Positions 9,276 through 18,992 of a DNA stretch of 64,000 nucleotides are shown here, one piece after another; within the stretch, counting starts at the first letter, position 1, and each line of letters starts with the position of its first letter. The stretch lies in the NCBI RefSeq assembly GCF_055900595.2, contig NZ_JBVWEU010000003.1. One strand, given 5' to 3'. This DNA is from a plasmid. The notes under the pieces were generated by a model. That model did no database searches. It had not been told where the DNA came from and worked only from the letters and a program-made list of their open reading frames with translations. The position numbers and the translations under genes are program-made.

Positions 9276-10124
9276 ATGAATCAGACTTTACCCACTGCTG
9301 ACCTGAATACTGCCGGCACGACAGATGTTATTCCGTCTGTGGCTATCGACCGCATCATCGCGCAGCGTAACGAAGGTATTACACTGTTCATGCAGGCGAT
9401 GGAATGCCTGGCGACAGCGCGCAGGATTCTGCTCGATGCGTCAGGTGATATTTTTCTTTACGGGTTTGAAGACTGCGTGACTGATTCCGTTCGTCGCATG
9501 GATAAACCGGAAGAAGCGAAAAGGAATATCACCCGTCTTGCCGACCGGAAAATCTGGGACCGCCTGATGACAGATACGGGCATGTACACCTTCATGAGTT
9601 CATGCCAGCGTGATGAGTGGAACAGCCAGCTGATGAGCGACACCTGTCCTGAAATCACCCTGGACAATGTACTGGCAACATTCCGCCATCTGAATGCCAG
9701 CAAAATGCAGACATTTGAACAGGGACTGATTGATGTCTACCGGAAATTGTCATGGGATTACAGAACCAATAATCCCTGCCGTCTGGGCAAGAAAATCATT
9801 ATTGAAAACCTGCTGTACCGCTGGAGTAACGGGCGTGTGACGCTGGACTGCAGCGGACGGGAGGCACTGGATGACCTGGTACGTCCGTTTTATCTGCTGG
9901 AGGGGCGCAACGTTCCTGACTTCCGGAGCAGCATCGGGGCGCAGTATTGTGAATTTCTCGGGAACGGCGACAATATCGGTGAGTTGTTTGAAGGGGAATA
10001 TTTTACGGTGCGTGGCTACCAGAAAGGAACCGTACACATTGTCTTTAAGCGTTCTGACCTTGTTGAAAAACTGAATGATATTATTGCACGGCATTATCCT
10101 GGTGCATTGCCGCCACGAGTCTGA
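9276..10124 (+). CDS. Hypothetical protein, first gene downstream of the oriT-proximal ssi element
   Basis: 282 aa from ATG 9276 with GAGGAG RBS; no motif recognised with certainty; followed by a terminator. Confidence 0.6.
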   Translation: MNQTLPTADLNTAGTTDVIPSVAIDRIIAQRNEGITLFMQAMECLATARRILLDASGDIFLYGFEDCVTDSVRRMDKPEEAKRNITRLADRKIWDRLMTDTGMYTFMSSCQRDEWNSQLMSDTCPEITLDNVLATFRHLNASKMQTFEQGLIDVYRKLSWDYRTNNPCRLGKKIIIENLLYRWSNGRVTLDCSGREALDDLVRPFYLLEGRNVPDFRSSIGAQYCEFLGNGDNIGELFEGEYFTVRGYQKGTVHIVFKRSDLVEKLNDIIARHYPGALPPRV

Positions 10125-10132
10125 TTAAACAG

Positions 10133-10170
10133 AAAAGCCCTGGTATTTATGCCGGGGCTTTTTTTTCTGT
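10133..10170 (+). terminator. Probable rho-independent terminator
   Basis: Imperfect GC stem (AGCCCTGG...CCGGGGCT) followed by an 8-T run. Confidence 0.5.
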
Positions 10171-10209
10171 AATCATCATAATCTCAGAACACGATGTGAC
10201 ATTGTCACA

Positions 10210-10545
10210 TCAATTGTTGTTCATATCGATGCCATCTTTCCTGCCTGAATCTGTCTTTTTAGGTGCTGTTTTAGAGGAAGAACGGCGGGATGGTTTTTTC
10301 GATTCTGCTTCCCGAATAATGTCACGAAGTGCCTTCTCTCCTACTTCATACCCTGCATTTTTGAGCGTGTCACGAACATCTGCAAGTGTATAACCCTTTG
10401 TCCTTACCAGGACAATGATGTCATCACGAATGGCATCAAGAAAATCACGCAATGTTTTCCGTTGAGCGGTGAGGTCCGGCAATTCCGATAAGGCAGATTT
10501 TGCCAGCTGGATGTCATCATCTGAGTAAAATTTTTTAGAAGCCAT
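10210..10545 (-). CDS. Hypothetical small protein adjacent to oriT, divergent from nikA
   Basis: About 111 aa from ATG 10545 with GGAGAG RBS; charged and helical, Lys/Ser-rich basic C-terminal tail. Confidence 0.5.
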   Translation of the reverse strand: MASKKFYSDDDIQLAKSALSELPDLTAQRKTLRDFLDAIRDDIIVLVRTKGYTLADVRDTLKNAGYEVGEKALRDIIREAESKKPSRRSSSKTAPKKTDSGRKDGIDMNNN

Positions 10546-10599
10546 TGGCACTGTCTCTCCGTTTCATGTTGAAGCCTGATTTTATCATCAAAAACTGAC

Positions 10600-10777
10600 T
10601 CCTGGCAGGGCTGCGCCCTGCCTCTGCCGTCTGCATAAGACTATGATGCACAAAAATAACAGGCTATAATTGCATGAAAAACGGGACAGGATGTGGGAAT
10701 GTCGGACCGCGCACGCGCACTCAGACATTCCCCACCTGGTCAGGGCTTTGCCCCGACACCCCGGTAAGGAGCAGACC
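10600..10777 (-). other. oriT: Origin of transfer, R64-like; predicted nick in the - strand between + coordinates 10687 and 10686
   Basis: The - strand reads ...GGGGTGTCGGGGCAAAGCCCTGACCAGGTGGGGAATGTCTGAGTGCGCGTGCGCGGTCCGACATTCCCACATCCTGTCCCG...; inverted repeat GGGAATGTC/GACATTCCC (10695-10703 and 10724-10732) beside an ATCCTG motif; immediately upstream of nikA. Confidence 0.7.
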
Positions 10778-11110
10778 ATGAGTGAGAAGAAAACCCGAAC
10801 GGGCAGTGAGAACAGGAAGAGAATTGTAAAATTCACGGCGAGATTCACGGAGGATGAGGCTGAAATCGTAAGAGAAAAAGCGGAGTCAAGTGGACAGACG
10901 GTTTCAACATTTATACGAAGCTCTTCACTGGATAAGGTGGTTAACTGCCGTACTGACGACCGTATGATTGATGAGATTATGCGTCTTGGCCGCCTTCAGA
11001 AGCATCTGTTTGTGGAGGGAAAACGCACTGGTGATAAGGAGTATGCAGAGGTTCTTGTTGCCATTACTGAATATGTCAATGCTCTGCGAAGAGACTTAAT
11101 GGGACGCTGA
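10778..11110 (+). CDS. nikA: Relaxosome accessory protein NikA (ribbon-helix-helix)
   Basis: 110 aa from ATG 10778 with AAGGAG RBS; small basic RHH-like protein directly upstream of the relaxase. Confidence 0.85.
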   Translation: MSEKKTRTGSENRKRIVKFTARFTEDEAEIVREKAESSGQTVSTFIRSSSLDKVVNCRTDDRMIDEIMRLGRLQKHLFVEGKRTGDKEYAEVLVAITEYVNALRRDLMGR

Positions 11111-11121
11111 GATAACTGCTG

Positions 11122-13842
11122 ATGAATGCCATTATTCCGCACAAAAGACGTGACGGCAGGTCTTCCTTTGAAGACCTGATTGCGTACACGTCTGTGCGGG
11201 ATGATGTGCAGGAAAATGAGCTCACAGAAGACAGCGAAATCAAGAGTGATGTCCCTCACCGCAACCGTTTCAGACGGCTTGTTGATTATGCAACACGCCT
11301 GCGTAACGAAAAATTTGTCTCCCTGATTGATGTGATGAAAGACGGCAGTCAGTGGGTAAATTTCTATGGCGTAACCTGTTTCCATAACTGCAATTCACTG
11401 GAAACAGCTGCTGAAGAGATGCAGTACAAGGCGGACAAAGCTGTTTTTTCCCGTAATGATACAGACCCCGTTTTCCACTACATTCTTTCCTGGCCTGCGC
11501 ATGAAAGCCCGCGTCCTGAGCAGCTTTTTGACTGTGTGCGTCACACACTGAAATCTCTTGAACTCTCAAAACATCAGTACGTGGCTGCCGTTCATACGGA
11601 CACGGATAATCTGCATGTGCATGTTGCCGTGAATCGTGTACATCCTGAAACTGGTTATATTAACTGGCTTTCCTGGAGCCAGGAAAAACTCAGTCGTGCA
11701 TGCCGTGAACTTGAACTTAAGCACGGATTTGCGCCGGATAATGGCTGCTTTGTGCATGCACCCGGCAACCGTATTGTGCGCAAAACAGCGCTGGTACGTG
11801 AGCGCCGTAATGCCTGGCGACGCGGGAAAAAGCAGACGTTCAGGGAATATATTGCGCAGATGTCGATTGCCGGGCTGCGTGAAGAGCCCGCACAGGACTG
11901 GTTATCTTTGCATAAACGGCTGGCCAGTGATGGTCTGTATATCACGATGCAGGAAGGGGAACTGGTGGTGAAGGATGGCTGGGACAGAGCGCGGGAAGGT
12001 GTTGCACTCAGTTCGTTCGGACCGTCATGGACAGCTGAAAAACTGGGGCGGAAACTGGGGGAATATCAGCCTGTACCGACAGATATTTTCAGTCAGGTGG
12101 GGACACCCGGTCGTTATGATCCGGAAGCCATAAACGTGGATATCCGGCCGGAAAAAGTGGCAGAAACGGAGAGTCTGAAACAGTACGCCTGTCGTCACTT
12201 TGCTGAACGCTTACCGGAAATGGCGCGAAATGGTGAACTGAAAAGTTGCCTGGCTGTACACCGTACTCTGGCAGAGGCGGGATTATGGATGGGGATTCAG
12301 CACGGGCATCTGGTACTGCATGATGGATTTGATAAACAACAGACACCAGTACGTGCAGACAGTGTGTGGCCGTTAATGACGCTGGATTATATGCAGGATC
12401 TGGATGGTGGATGGCACTCTGTACCGAAGGATATTTTTACTCAGGTTATACCCGAAGAACGATTCCGGGGACACAGTATTGGCACTCAGGCTGTCAGCGA
12501 TTACGAATGGTATCGCATGAGGATGGGCACTGGTCCACAGGGTGCCATAAAGCGTGAACTGTTTTCCGATAAGGAAAGTCTGTGGGGATACGCTCTTATT
12601 CAGTGCAGGAGCCAGATTGAAGAGATGATAGCTGGCGGGGATTTCAGCTGGCAGGCATGTCATGAGATGTTTGCGCGTAAAGGGCTTATGCTGCAGAAAC
12701 AGCATCATGGTCTCGTGATTGTGGATGCGTTTAATCATGAACTGACACCGGTGAAGGCCAGCAGTATCCACCCGGATTTGACGTTATCCCGGGCCGAGCC
12801 TCAGGCCGGGCCATTTGAAATTGCGGCTGCAGATATTTTCGAACGGGTGAAGCCTGAATGTCGCTACAATCCGGAACTTGCTGCCAGTGATGAAGTGGAG
12901 CCCGGCTTCCGGCGCGATCCTGAGCTGCGTCGTGAGCGCCGTGAAGCCCGTGCAGCTGCGCGGGAAGATTTGCGTGCGCGTTATCTTGCATGGAAGGAAC
13001 ACTGGCGTAAACCCGATTTACGTTACGGCGAACGGTTGCGGGAAATTCATGCTGCCTGCCGTCGTCGCAAGGCTCATATCCGCGTGCAGTTCCGGGATCC
13101 ACAATTGCGTAAACTGCATTACCATATTGCAGAAGTGCAACGTATGCAGGCGCTGATCAGACTGAAGGAAAATGTCAGGGAAGAGCGACTGGCGCTGATG
13201 GCGGAGGGTAAGTGGTATCCGTTGTCCTACCGGCAGTGGGTGGAACAACAGGCGGCGCAAGGCGACAGAGCTGCAGTGTCACAGCTCCGAGGCTGGGATT
13301 ATCGCGATCGTCGCTCGCGTAATAAGGATAAAAGACGCACAACTAATGCTGATCGTTGTGTCGTTCTCTGCGAACCCGGAGGAACGCCACTTTTTAATAA
13401 TGTTGCAAAACTTGAAGCTCGTCTTCAGAAAAATGGAAGTGTTCATTTCAGGGATACGCGGACAGGAAAAAATGTCTGTACGGATTACGGAGATCGGGTT
13501 GTGTTCTACCATCACACGGACCGAAATGAACTGGCAGAGAAGCTTGATTTAATTGCGCCAGTTCTGTTCAGCCGCAACGGAAAGCTTGGTTTTGAGCCGG
13601 AAGGTTCATACCAGCAGTTTAATGATGTGTTTGCAGAAATGGTGGCCTGGCACAATGCAGCGGGAATAACCGGAAACGGACACTTCACCATTACTCGTCC
13701 GGACGTGGATTTGCACCGTCAACGCAGTGAGCAGTATTACCGGGAATATATCAGACAGCAGACCCGTTTATCGGAGAGCCATGATGATAATTATACGTTA
13801 CGGCAGGAGAAAACATGGGAGCCACCATCACCTGGAATGTAA
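11122..13842 (+). CDS. nikB: MOBP-family relaxase NikB
   Basis: 906 aa; His-rich relaxase motif HTDTDNLHVHVAVNRVHPETG; size and position match R64 NikB. Confidence 0.9.
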   Translation: MNAIIPHKRRDGRSSFEDLIAYTSVRDDVQENELTEDSEIKSDVPHRNRFRRLVDYATRLRNEKFVSLIDVMKDGSQWVNFYGVTCFHNCNSLETAAEEMQYKADKAVFSRNDTDPVFHYILSWPAHESPRPEQLFDCVRHTLKSLELSKHQYVAAVHTDTDNLHVHVAVNRVHPETGYINWLSWSQEKLSRACRELELKHGFAPDNGCFVHAPGNRIVRKTALVRERRNAWRRGKKQTFREYIAQMSIAGLREEPAQDWLSLHKRLASDGLYITMQEGELVVKDGWDRAREGVALSSFGPSWTAEKLGRKLGEYQPVPTDIFSQVGTPGRYDPEAINVDIRPEKVAETESLKQYACRHFAERLPEMARNGELKSCLAVHRTLAEAGLWMGIQHGHLVLHDGFDKQQTPVRADSVWPLMTLDYMQDLDGGWHSVPKDIFTQVIPEERFRGHSIGTQAVSDYEWYRMRMGTGPQGAIKRELFSDKESLWGYALIQCRSQIEEMIAGGDFSWQACHEMFARKGLMLQKQHHGLVIVDAFNHELTPVKASSIHPDLTLSRAEPQAGPFEIAAADIFERVKPECRYNPELAASDEVEPGFRRDPELRRERREARAAAREDLRARYLAWKEHWRKPDLRYGERLREIHAACRRRKAHIRVQFRDPQLRKLHYHIAEVQRMQALIRLKENVREERLALMAEGKWYPLSYRQWVEQQAAQGDRAAVSQLRGWDYRDRRSRNKDKRRTTNADRCVVLCEPGGTPLFNNVAKLEARLQKNGSVHFRDTRTGKNVCTDYGDRVVFYHHTDRNELAEKLDLIAPVLFSRNGKLGFEPEGSYQQFNDVFAEMVAWHNAAGITGNGHFTITRPDVDLHRQRSEQYYREYIRQQTRLSESHDDNYTLRQEKTWEPPSPGM

Positions 13843-14061
13843 GCCCGGATAAGTGATGGTGCAAAGATTCAGCCCAAAAACGGCAGGAACCTTCGTCAAT
13901 AAGGGCGGGAGTAGTCACTGAATTGAGTTTATACCCGGTTAACTCTGAATTAAGGGCCGTGTCTGCGGCCCTTATCCAGTGCGCCGTAAACCCCGGACTT
14001 AGTGAACAGGGTTTTACAGTCTGATTGACAGATATGGTCACCAGAAAATATTTGTATTCCT

Positions 14062-16362
14062 TCAGTATTTTTCGTCAGTTGTTGGTTGTGCTCCACATGA
14101 TTTCTGGGGATGATCATTATTTATTGTCTGCGATTTATTATTTTCAGCGACCGGTAACAGTATCTCCAGGGGGAGCAGGGTATTCAGAATCGCCTTCACT
14201 GAAGGTATATCTTCAGGACCGGAGTGTTCCTCTTCCGGACGATTCAGTGTGATATAACATACCCGGCGTTCTTCCCTGGTTGTGTTATTGATAGTGTGCA
14301 CAGCCTTTTTCCACAGTTCGTTTGCCCGGGATTCGATATCTGTATCATATTGCGGAAGCAGATCCAGTGATGTCTGCGCTGTTGCCAACCGGCGCTGGAA
14401 TGTATCAATGATACGGTAAGGCTCTGTACGGTTTTTACGACGTTTACGGGATGGTTTTGCTGTCAGTACACCAATAATGCTGCTGACATGCTCCGGTGTG
14501 GGAAAACGGCGCTGCACTGTCCTGGGGACAAGACGGCGGAGACGTTCCAGTCGGGGGGCTTCAACAGAGATATAACGGTTGATGACCACTGGATCACTGT
14601 CGCAACTTTTTTCGCTGTCCGGAATATACACAGAGGCTGACGGCACCACATCCCCCTGGAAAACGGTAAAGAATTCACCGGCATTCAGTTTGATTAAATC
14701 CTGCACGTTGATTTTGCTTTCCATCTGGATTGTGATCTGGTTACCGTCCACCCAGGACTCTCCCATCACACCATCGTGGCGCTGCAGGCTGCCCATTCTG
14801 GCGCGGGCCTCTTCACCGGCGGCATTTTTCACCGTCCTTGCTGTTTTGTCGTCACTGACAATGCGTCCGGCGAATTTGGTGCCGGCGTTCTGCATCAGCG
14901 TGGCGGTGTTGGTGGCAGAAGTCTGCCCTTCGATTCGCTCCTGATCCTGCGCCGTCATTATCAGGGAGAACTCCAGTGAACGTACCTGGGTGGCCTCCAC
15001 TGCAATGCGGTCCGTGTAGTAGGCACCGACTTCGTCAAGGATACAGATATAGGGGAAGCGGCCTTTGTATTTTTTGACTTCCAGGGTCTGTGCATCTGTG
15101 CCTTCCAGGCGGTAGCCCAGGTCACGGGCGAGGATCATGCTCTGCTGGGTGATGAACATACGACCGAGTGCCGACGTGGTATGGGCTGATGTGTCCAGTG
15201 CGGGGATCATCACAATCAGAATTCGGTCGCTGTGGATACTGTCGCGAATATCGATGTCGCCGGCATCTGCCGCAAAGACGTCCCCGAAGGTTTCGGCAAA
15301 GGTTGTGAACGTTTCCGAGAACTGACCGGAGAGATAAGCATGCTGTTTACGGGGCTCCTCAGTCCAGGCTGACGGCGTTCTCACCAGTGACATATCGAAT
15401 CCCGGGACATCCTGCAGGTAGTTTCGCAGTGGTGCGATAGCTTCTTCCGGCCACTGGTCATCAAGGCCACGGCAATAGAGTTTTGCCATCCCTTCCAGCG
15501 TCATATGTTCCCGTAACATATGCAGGGACATGGTTTTACCTTCCCGGACGCACCAGAATTTTGTGCCAAAGACCAGGGCCTTGTTCATGGCTATCGCCCG
15601 TGACTGCCATTCACCGCCCTGAACGTTCTGGGGCAGCATGGACTGCATGGTTTCGGCGGTGAAGGCTTCGGTGCTGAATGCGAACGGGTTCCAGGTGTTT
15701 GACTGTGGGCGGGATTTATCGCCACTCTGAATGACTTCACTGCGGGATTTTCCGCCGTTCATGAAGTTGATGACCTCGATATCATCCTCCCGGCCAAAAC
15801 GTCGGGAGAGATACCAGATTGTCCTCGTGGTATCGTTCTGTGCCTTTCCGTCAACAAAGGTAAAGCCTCTTCCCCAGCAGAGCGGGTTGAGCAGCCAGGC
15901 AAAGGTGGTTTCTGTTTTACCGCCACCGGTGGTGGAAAAAAATATGATATGCCGGGTGAGGTCATCCATGCTCAGCCAGAGCTCACGACCGATATCGTTG
16001 ATACGGCGGTAACCGACATAAAAAATCCCCCGTGCGGGGGATGTTTCATCTGCTTCATACTGAAACAGGGTAGGCCAGAAGCTGAAGAGGCTTCGCCTGA
16101 CCTTTCTGTCCTGGGAGGGGTCATCAAGGCTGAGCGTCATGGGCATACGCAGGGGGCATCGCCAGCGTTGCAGCGTGAATATCACGGAGGTGACCAGGGT
16201 GAACAGCAGACAGACAGGAAGGGCCAGTGGCCATATCAGGGCCGTAATGATACTGCCAGCCAGACACAGACCAATGATGTTCAGGTTGTGCAGTGCATTC
16301 CACAGCGGGTTTCCCCAGGCCGTGCGGTGTATGAGGTCAGGATTAACGTGATGCTGGCTCAT
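14062..16362 (-). CDS. trbC: Type IV coupling protein TrbC (DotL/IcmO-like ATPase)
   Basis: 766 aa; N-terminal TM helices; Walker A FFSTTGGGKTE; position next to nikB. Confidence 0.85.
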   Translation of the reverse strand: MSQHHVNPDLIHRTAWGNPLWNALHNLNIIGLCLAGSIITALIWPLALPVCLLFTLVTSVIFTLQRWRCPLRMPMTLSLDDPSQDRKVRRSLFSFWPTLFQYEADETSPARGIFYVGYRRINDIGRELWLSMDDLTRHIIFFSTTGGGKTETTFAWLLNPLCWGRGFTFVDGKAQNDTTRTIWYLSRRFGREDDIEVINFMNGGKSRSEVIQSGDKSRPQSNTWNPFAFSTEAFTAETMQSMLPQNVQGGEWQSRAIAMNKALVFGTKFWCVREGKTMSLHMLREHMTLEGMAKLYCRGLDDQWPEEAIAPLRNYLQDVPGFDMSLVRTPSAWTEEPRKQHAYLSGQFSETFTTFAETFGDVFAADAGDIDIRDSIHSDRILIVMIPALDTSAHTTSALGRMFITQQSMILARDLGYRLEGTDAQTLEVKKYKGRFPYICILDEVGAYYTDRIAVEATQVRSLEFSLIMTAQDQERIEGQTSATNTATLMQNAGTKFAGRIVSDDKTARTVKNAAGEEARARMGSLQRHDGVMGESWVDGNQITIQMESKINVQDLIKLNAGEFFTVFQGDVVPSASVYIPDSEKSCDSDPVVINRYISVEAPRLERLRRLVPRTVQRRFPTPEHVSSIIGVLTAKPSRKRRKNRTEPYRIIDTFQRRLATAQTSLDLLPQYDTDIESRANELWKKAVHTINNTTREERRVCYITLNRPEEEHSGPEDIPSVKAILNTLLPLEILLPVAENNKSQTINNDHPQKSCGAQPTTDEKY

Positions 16363-17467
16363 TGTGATTATCCTCGGTATCTGTGGCTTTCAGGAACAGG
16401 CTGACGGTAGTGGCGTCTTTCAGGATGCCGGACGGCAGGTGCCAGCCGGTATCGGATAACACCCATGGGGTACCGCCAAAACCGAACTGGCGGAAAGCCT
16501 GGTTATTGACATCGATGGCAGCACGAGCAGCGGTCAGACACTTTTCATCCGGTGCAGCCGGTGCATCGACGGTGGGTGCCATACCACCGTCTGCGGAATA
16601 CAGCTGATGCCATCCGGTCGCCCGTTTTTGTGCGTCCGGTTCACACAGCAGTGGCGCAGTCCGGTTTGTGCTGGCCTCTCCGCCGATTACGGAGACCGGA
16701 TAAATCACCACGCTGAATTCCCGGGCCAGTTGCTTAAGCGCGGGCTCCAGAAGACGGCAGTTGATGCATGCGGGGTCAAGGAAGGCGTAGAGTGTGCGTT
16801 CATGACCAGTGGAGAGATTAATGGTGAACATACCCCGGTCCGCGTTGCGTTTAAGTACTGTGGACAGATTACGGCGGGCCTCAGCGGCCTGAACGTGTTG
16901 TTCTTCCGTCACTGCCGTCGGGGCGGGGGCAGAAGAAGGTTCCTGCTGTGTGGGAGCCGGGCGGGCCGGGATGCTGTTAACATGATGTTCCGTATGTGGG
17001 CGTGGTGTCTCTGTGTCGGTTACTGGTTCAGCTCTCCATTCCTGAGATGTAGGGTAAGCCAGCGTGGAAGGGGGCTCTGCCTTCATCCAGTGGTAACCTG
17101 CAACTGTCGCCGGCAGAGCAATTCCGGCGATAAAGCCACACATCAGTGTCCGCCAGAAGCCATATTTCCGGGAGGGATGTTTTCCTTTTCCGGCATATTC
17201 GGCATCCAGGCAGGCATCAATCGCTGAGAGCATTCTGCCGATGTGATGTCCGGGACGTTCTGCATCAACGGTATCAACAAGCACCGTTTCGGTTATTTCG
17301 CGAAAAGGGGAACTGAAGGACAGGTGCATCAGCCTGTTATTACGGTTAATCAGTGCGCCCAGTTCTGTTACCGGCAGGATGGCAATCACCTCCCGATTAC
17401 CGTCAGGGTACAGGGCGGTCAGGGACAGGTGTTTATTATTCAGTGTTGCAGTGTAGTGGATGGTCAT
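16343..17467 (-). CDS. trbB: TrbB, thioredoxin-fold disulfide isomerase-like transfer protein
   Basis: 374 aa; CxxC motif (DPACINC) in the C-terminal domain; position between trbC and trbA. Confidence 0.8.
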   Translation of the reverse strand: MTIHYTATLNNKHLSLTALYPDGNREVIAILPVTELGALINRNNRLMHLSFSSPFREITETVLVDTVDAERPGHHIGRMLSAIDACLDAEYAGKGKHPSRKYGFWRTLMCGFIAGIALPATVAGYHWMKAEPPSTLAYPTSQEWRAEPVTDTETPRPHTEHHVNSIPARPAPTQQEPSSAPAPTAVTEEQHVQAAEARRNLSTVLKRNADRGMFTINLSTGHERTLYAFLDPACINCRLLEPALKQLAREFSVVIYPVSVIGGEASTNRTAPLLCEPDAQKRATGWHQLYSADGGMAPTVDAPAAPDEKCLTAARAAIDVNNQAFRQFGFGGTPWVLSDTGWHLPSGILKDATTVSLFLKATDTEDNHNEPASR

Positions 17468-18825
17468 TGTTCTTTTTCCTTGTCGGCGGGATCCTGTTTT
17501 TCGGTGGTTTCGGTGGTTTCGGTGGTTTCGGTGGTTTCGGTGGTTTCGGTGGTTTCGGTGGTTTCGGTGGTTTCGGTGGTTTCGGTGGTTTCGGTGGTTT
17601 CGGTGGTTTCACCAGTGTCAGTGTCTTCGTCGTTATCATGGCGGCGGGGTATCACGTCATCCGTGAGTGACCAGCGGGTCCTGATCTGACGTTTACGATC
17701 GCGATCTGGCTGAGGTTCGTCCCATATCAGGCCCAGCCCCAGCATGTCCCGTCGAAGCCCTTCAATGGCCTCTTCCACACAGGGTTCCGGGCAGGGGAGG
17801 CCGAGACGGCTGGCTTCATTTTCTGCCCGGGCAACGGCCACCACGCCGGCCCCTTCGATGAAGCCTTTTGTGGTGTTTGCCCGGTGAAGGGCATAGAAGA
17901 GCGTCCGGTCAACGCCCTTGAGCCACAGCCAGTTCGGAGGCGTCAGGCGCAAATCATGTGCGTAAAGCCAGACCAGACCGCTGCGAACGTAACGGTGCTG
18001 CCTGAGCCACTTTTGTGCGCCTTCTGTTTTGATGACCCGGATAAAGGCGTTTCTGGCCAGTGAATACACCGGCGTGCTGAAACGCCCCTGGTCCCGTTTA
18101 CTTTTGAGCCTGCAGGAGAGATTGAGGTTGTTCATCAGGGCTACCGCTGCTTTCCGGTCACCGAGGAAGAACTGCAGGCCAAAGATGGCAAAGAGCGCTT
18201 TTTCATGTGGGGCCATGTCTTTCCAGCTGGTCAGTGGTTGCCCCAGTTGCGCCATGAAGCACTGGCGTGTGGACGCAACATCGAGCTGCATGTTGCGGAT
18301 AAGGTTGTTCTGCTCCACAAAGGCTTCGGGGGTTAGTGCGACACGGCGCTCGGGACGTTTTTGTCCGTGGAAGAGTCTGTTGTTGTCTCCATCAGCCAGA
18401 ACGGGGGCGATCGCCGGTGACAGAGCTGAAAAAATATGGGGCAGTGTGTGGATATTCAGTGGCCTGCGGGTAAAACGGGGCTGGGCCGGATGGTGAAACC
18501 ACATCCACAGAAAGCCGAATGTCATGGGAAGCAGAATCAACCAGAGGATCCCCACTGTCCGGGACATAACATCCAGCCACTGGCTGAAAGTGATGGTTGC
18601 CGCGTTGTTAGCAGTGATGGCCAGCAGGTTGTAACGGGGGGCGGCAAAGTTGTGAAAGGGCCCCCAGTCAATCATGCCCCACAGTGTGTGCAGGATCAGG
18701 CAGGAGGCGAAGACGATTTCAGGTAAAAAGCGCCAGATGATAATCGCAAAGAGCAGGCATATGGCACCGACGATATACCATATAGCCATTGGATCTTCGG
18801 CGGCAGACGTCTGTTGGTAAGACAC
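17464..18825 (-). CDS. trbA: TrbA (DotM/IcmP-like inner-membrane transfer protein) with a C-terminal (TTE)n tract
   Basis: 453 aa; multiple TM helices at the N-terminus; C-terminal acidic tail containing TETTETTE... repeats. Confidence 0.8.
   Translation of the reverse strand: MSYQQTSAAEDPMAIWYIVGAICLLFAIIIWRFLPEIVFASCLILHTLWGMIDWGPFHNFAAPRYNLLAITANNAATITFSQWLDVMSRTVGILWLILLPMTFGFLWMWFHHPAQPRFTRRPLNIHTLPHIFSALSPAIAPVLADGDNNRLFHGQKRPERRVALTPEAFVEQNNLIRNMQLDVASTRQCFMAQLGQPLTSWKDMAPHEKALFAIFGLQFFLGDRKAAVALMNNLNLSCRLKSKRDQGRFSTPVYSLARNAFIRVIKTEGAQKWLRQHRYVRSGLVWLYAHDLRLTPPNWLWLKGVDRTLFYALHRANTTKGFIEGAGVVAVARAENEASRLGLPCPEPCVEEAIEGLRRDMLGLGLIWDEPQPDRDRKRQIRTRWSLTDDVIPRRHDNDEDTDTGETTETTETTETTETTETTETTETTETTETTETTETTEKQDPADKEKEQ
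17497..17613 (-). repeat. Perfect 9-bp tandem repeat (TTCGGTGGT on +, about 13 copies) encoding the (TTE)n tract of TrbA
   Basis: Directly visible: ggtggtttcggtggtttcggtggtttc... repeated without interruption. Confidence 0.9.
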
Positions 18826-18961
18826 GGGGATTCCTCCATAGATGAATGGATAAATTTCGGGATTAAGTCGGGTGGCATGAATGCGAATCAGCGCCGGTAA
18901 TAACCGGACAGGAATGAGTTCAACAGGACATTTTCACAGAGAAGAGCGTGGGAGACAGGTA

Positions 18962-18992
18962 CAAAAAAACCGACTGGTGAGGTCGGTTTTTT
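18962..18992. terminator. Bidirectional-looking terminator hairpin
   Basis: AAAAAAA-CCGACC-TCACCA-GGTCGG-TTTTTTT between the trbA start and the nuc end. Confidence 0.5.

Noticed and set aside
17436-17670. ORFs encoding (PKP)n, (FRW)n and (GGF)n peptides overlapping the trbA 9-bp repeat, and the thought that the repeat might be a CRISPR-like array
   Set aside because: They are alternative-frame or antisense readings of the in-frame (TTE)n microsatellite inside trbA; the repeats are contiguous with no spacers, so this is not CRISPR.
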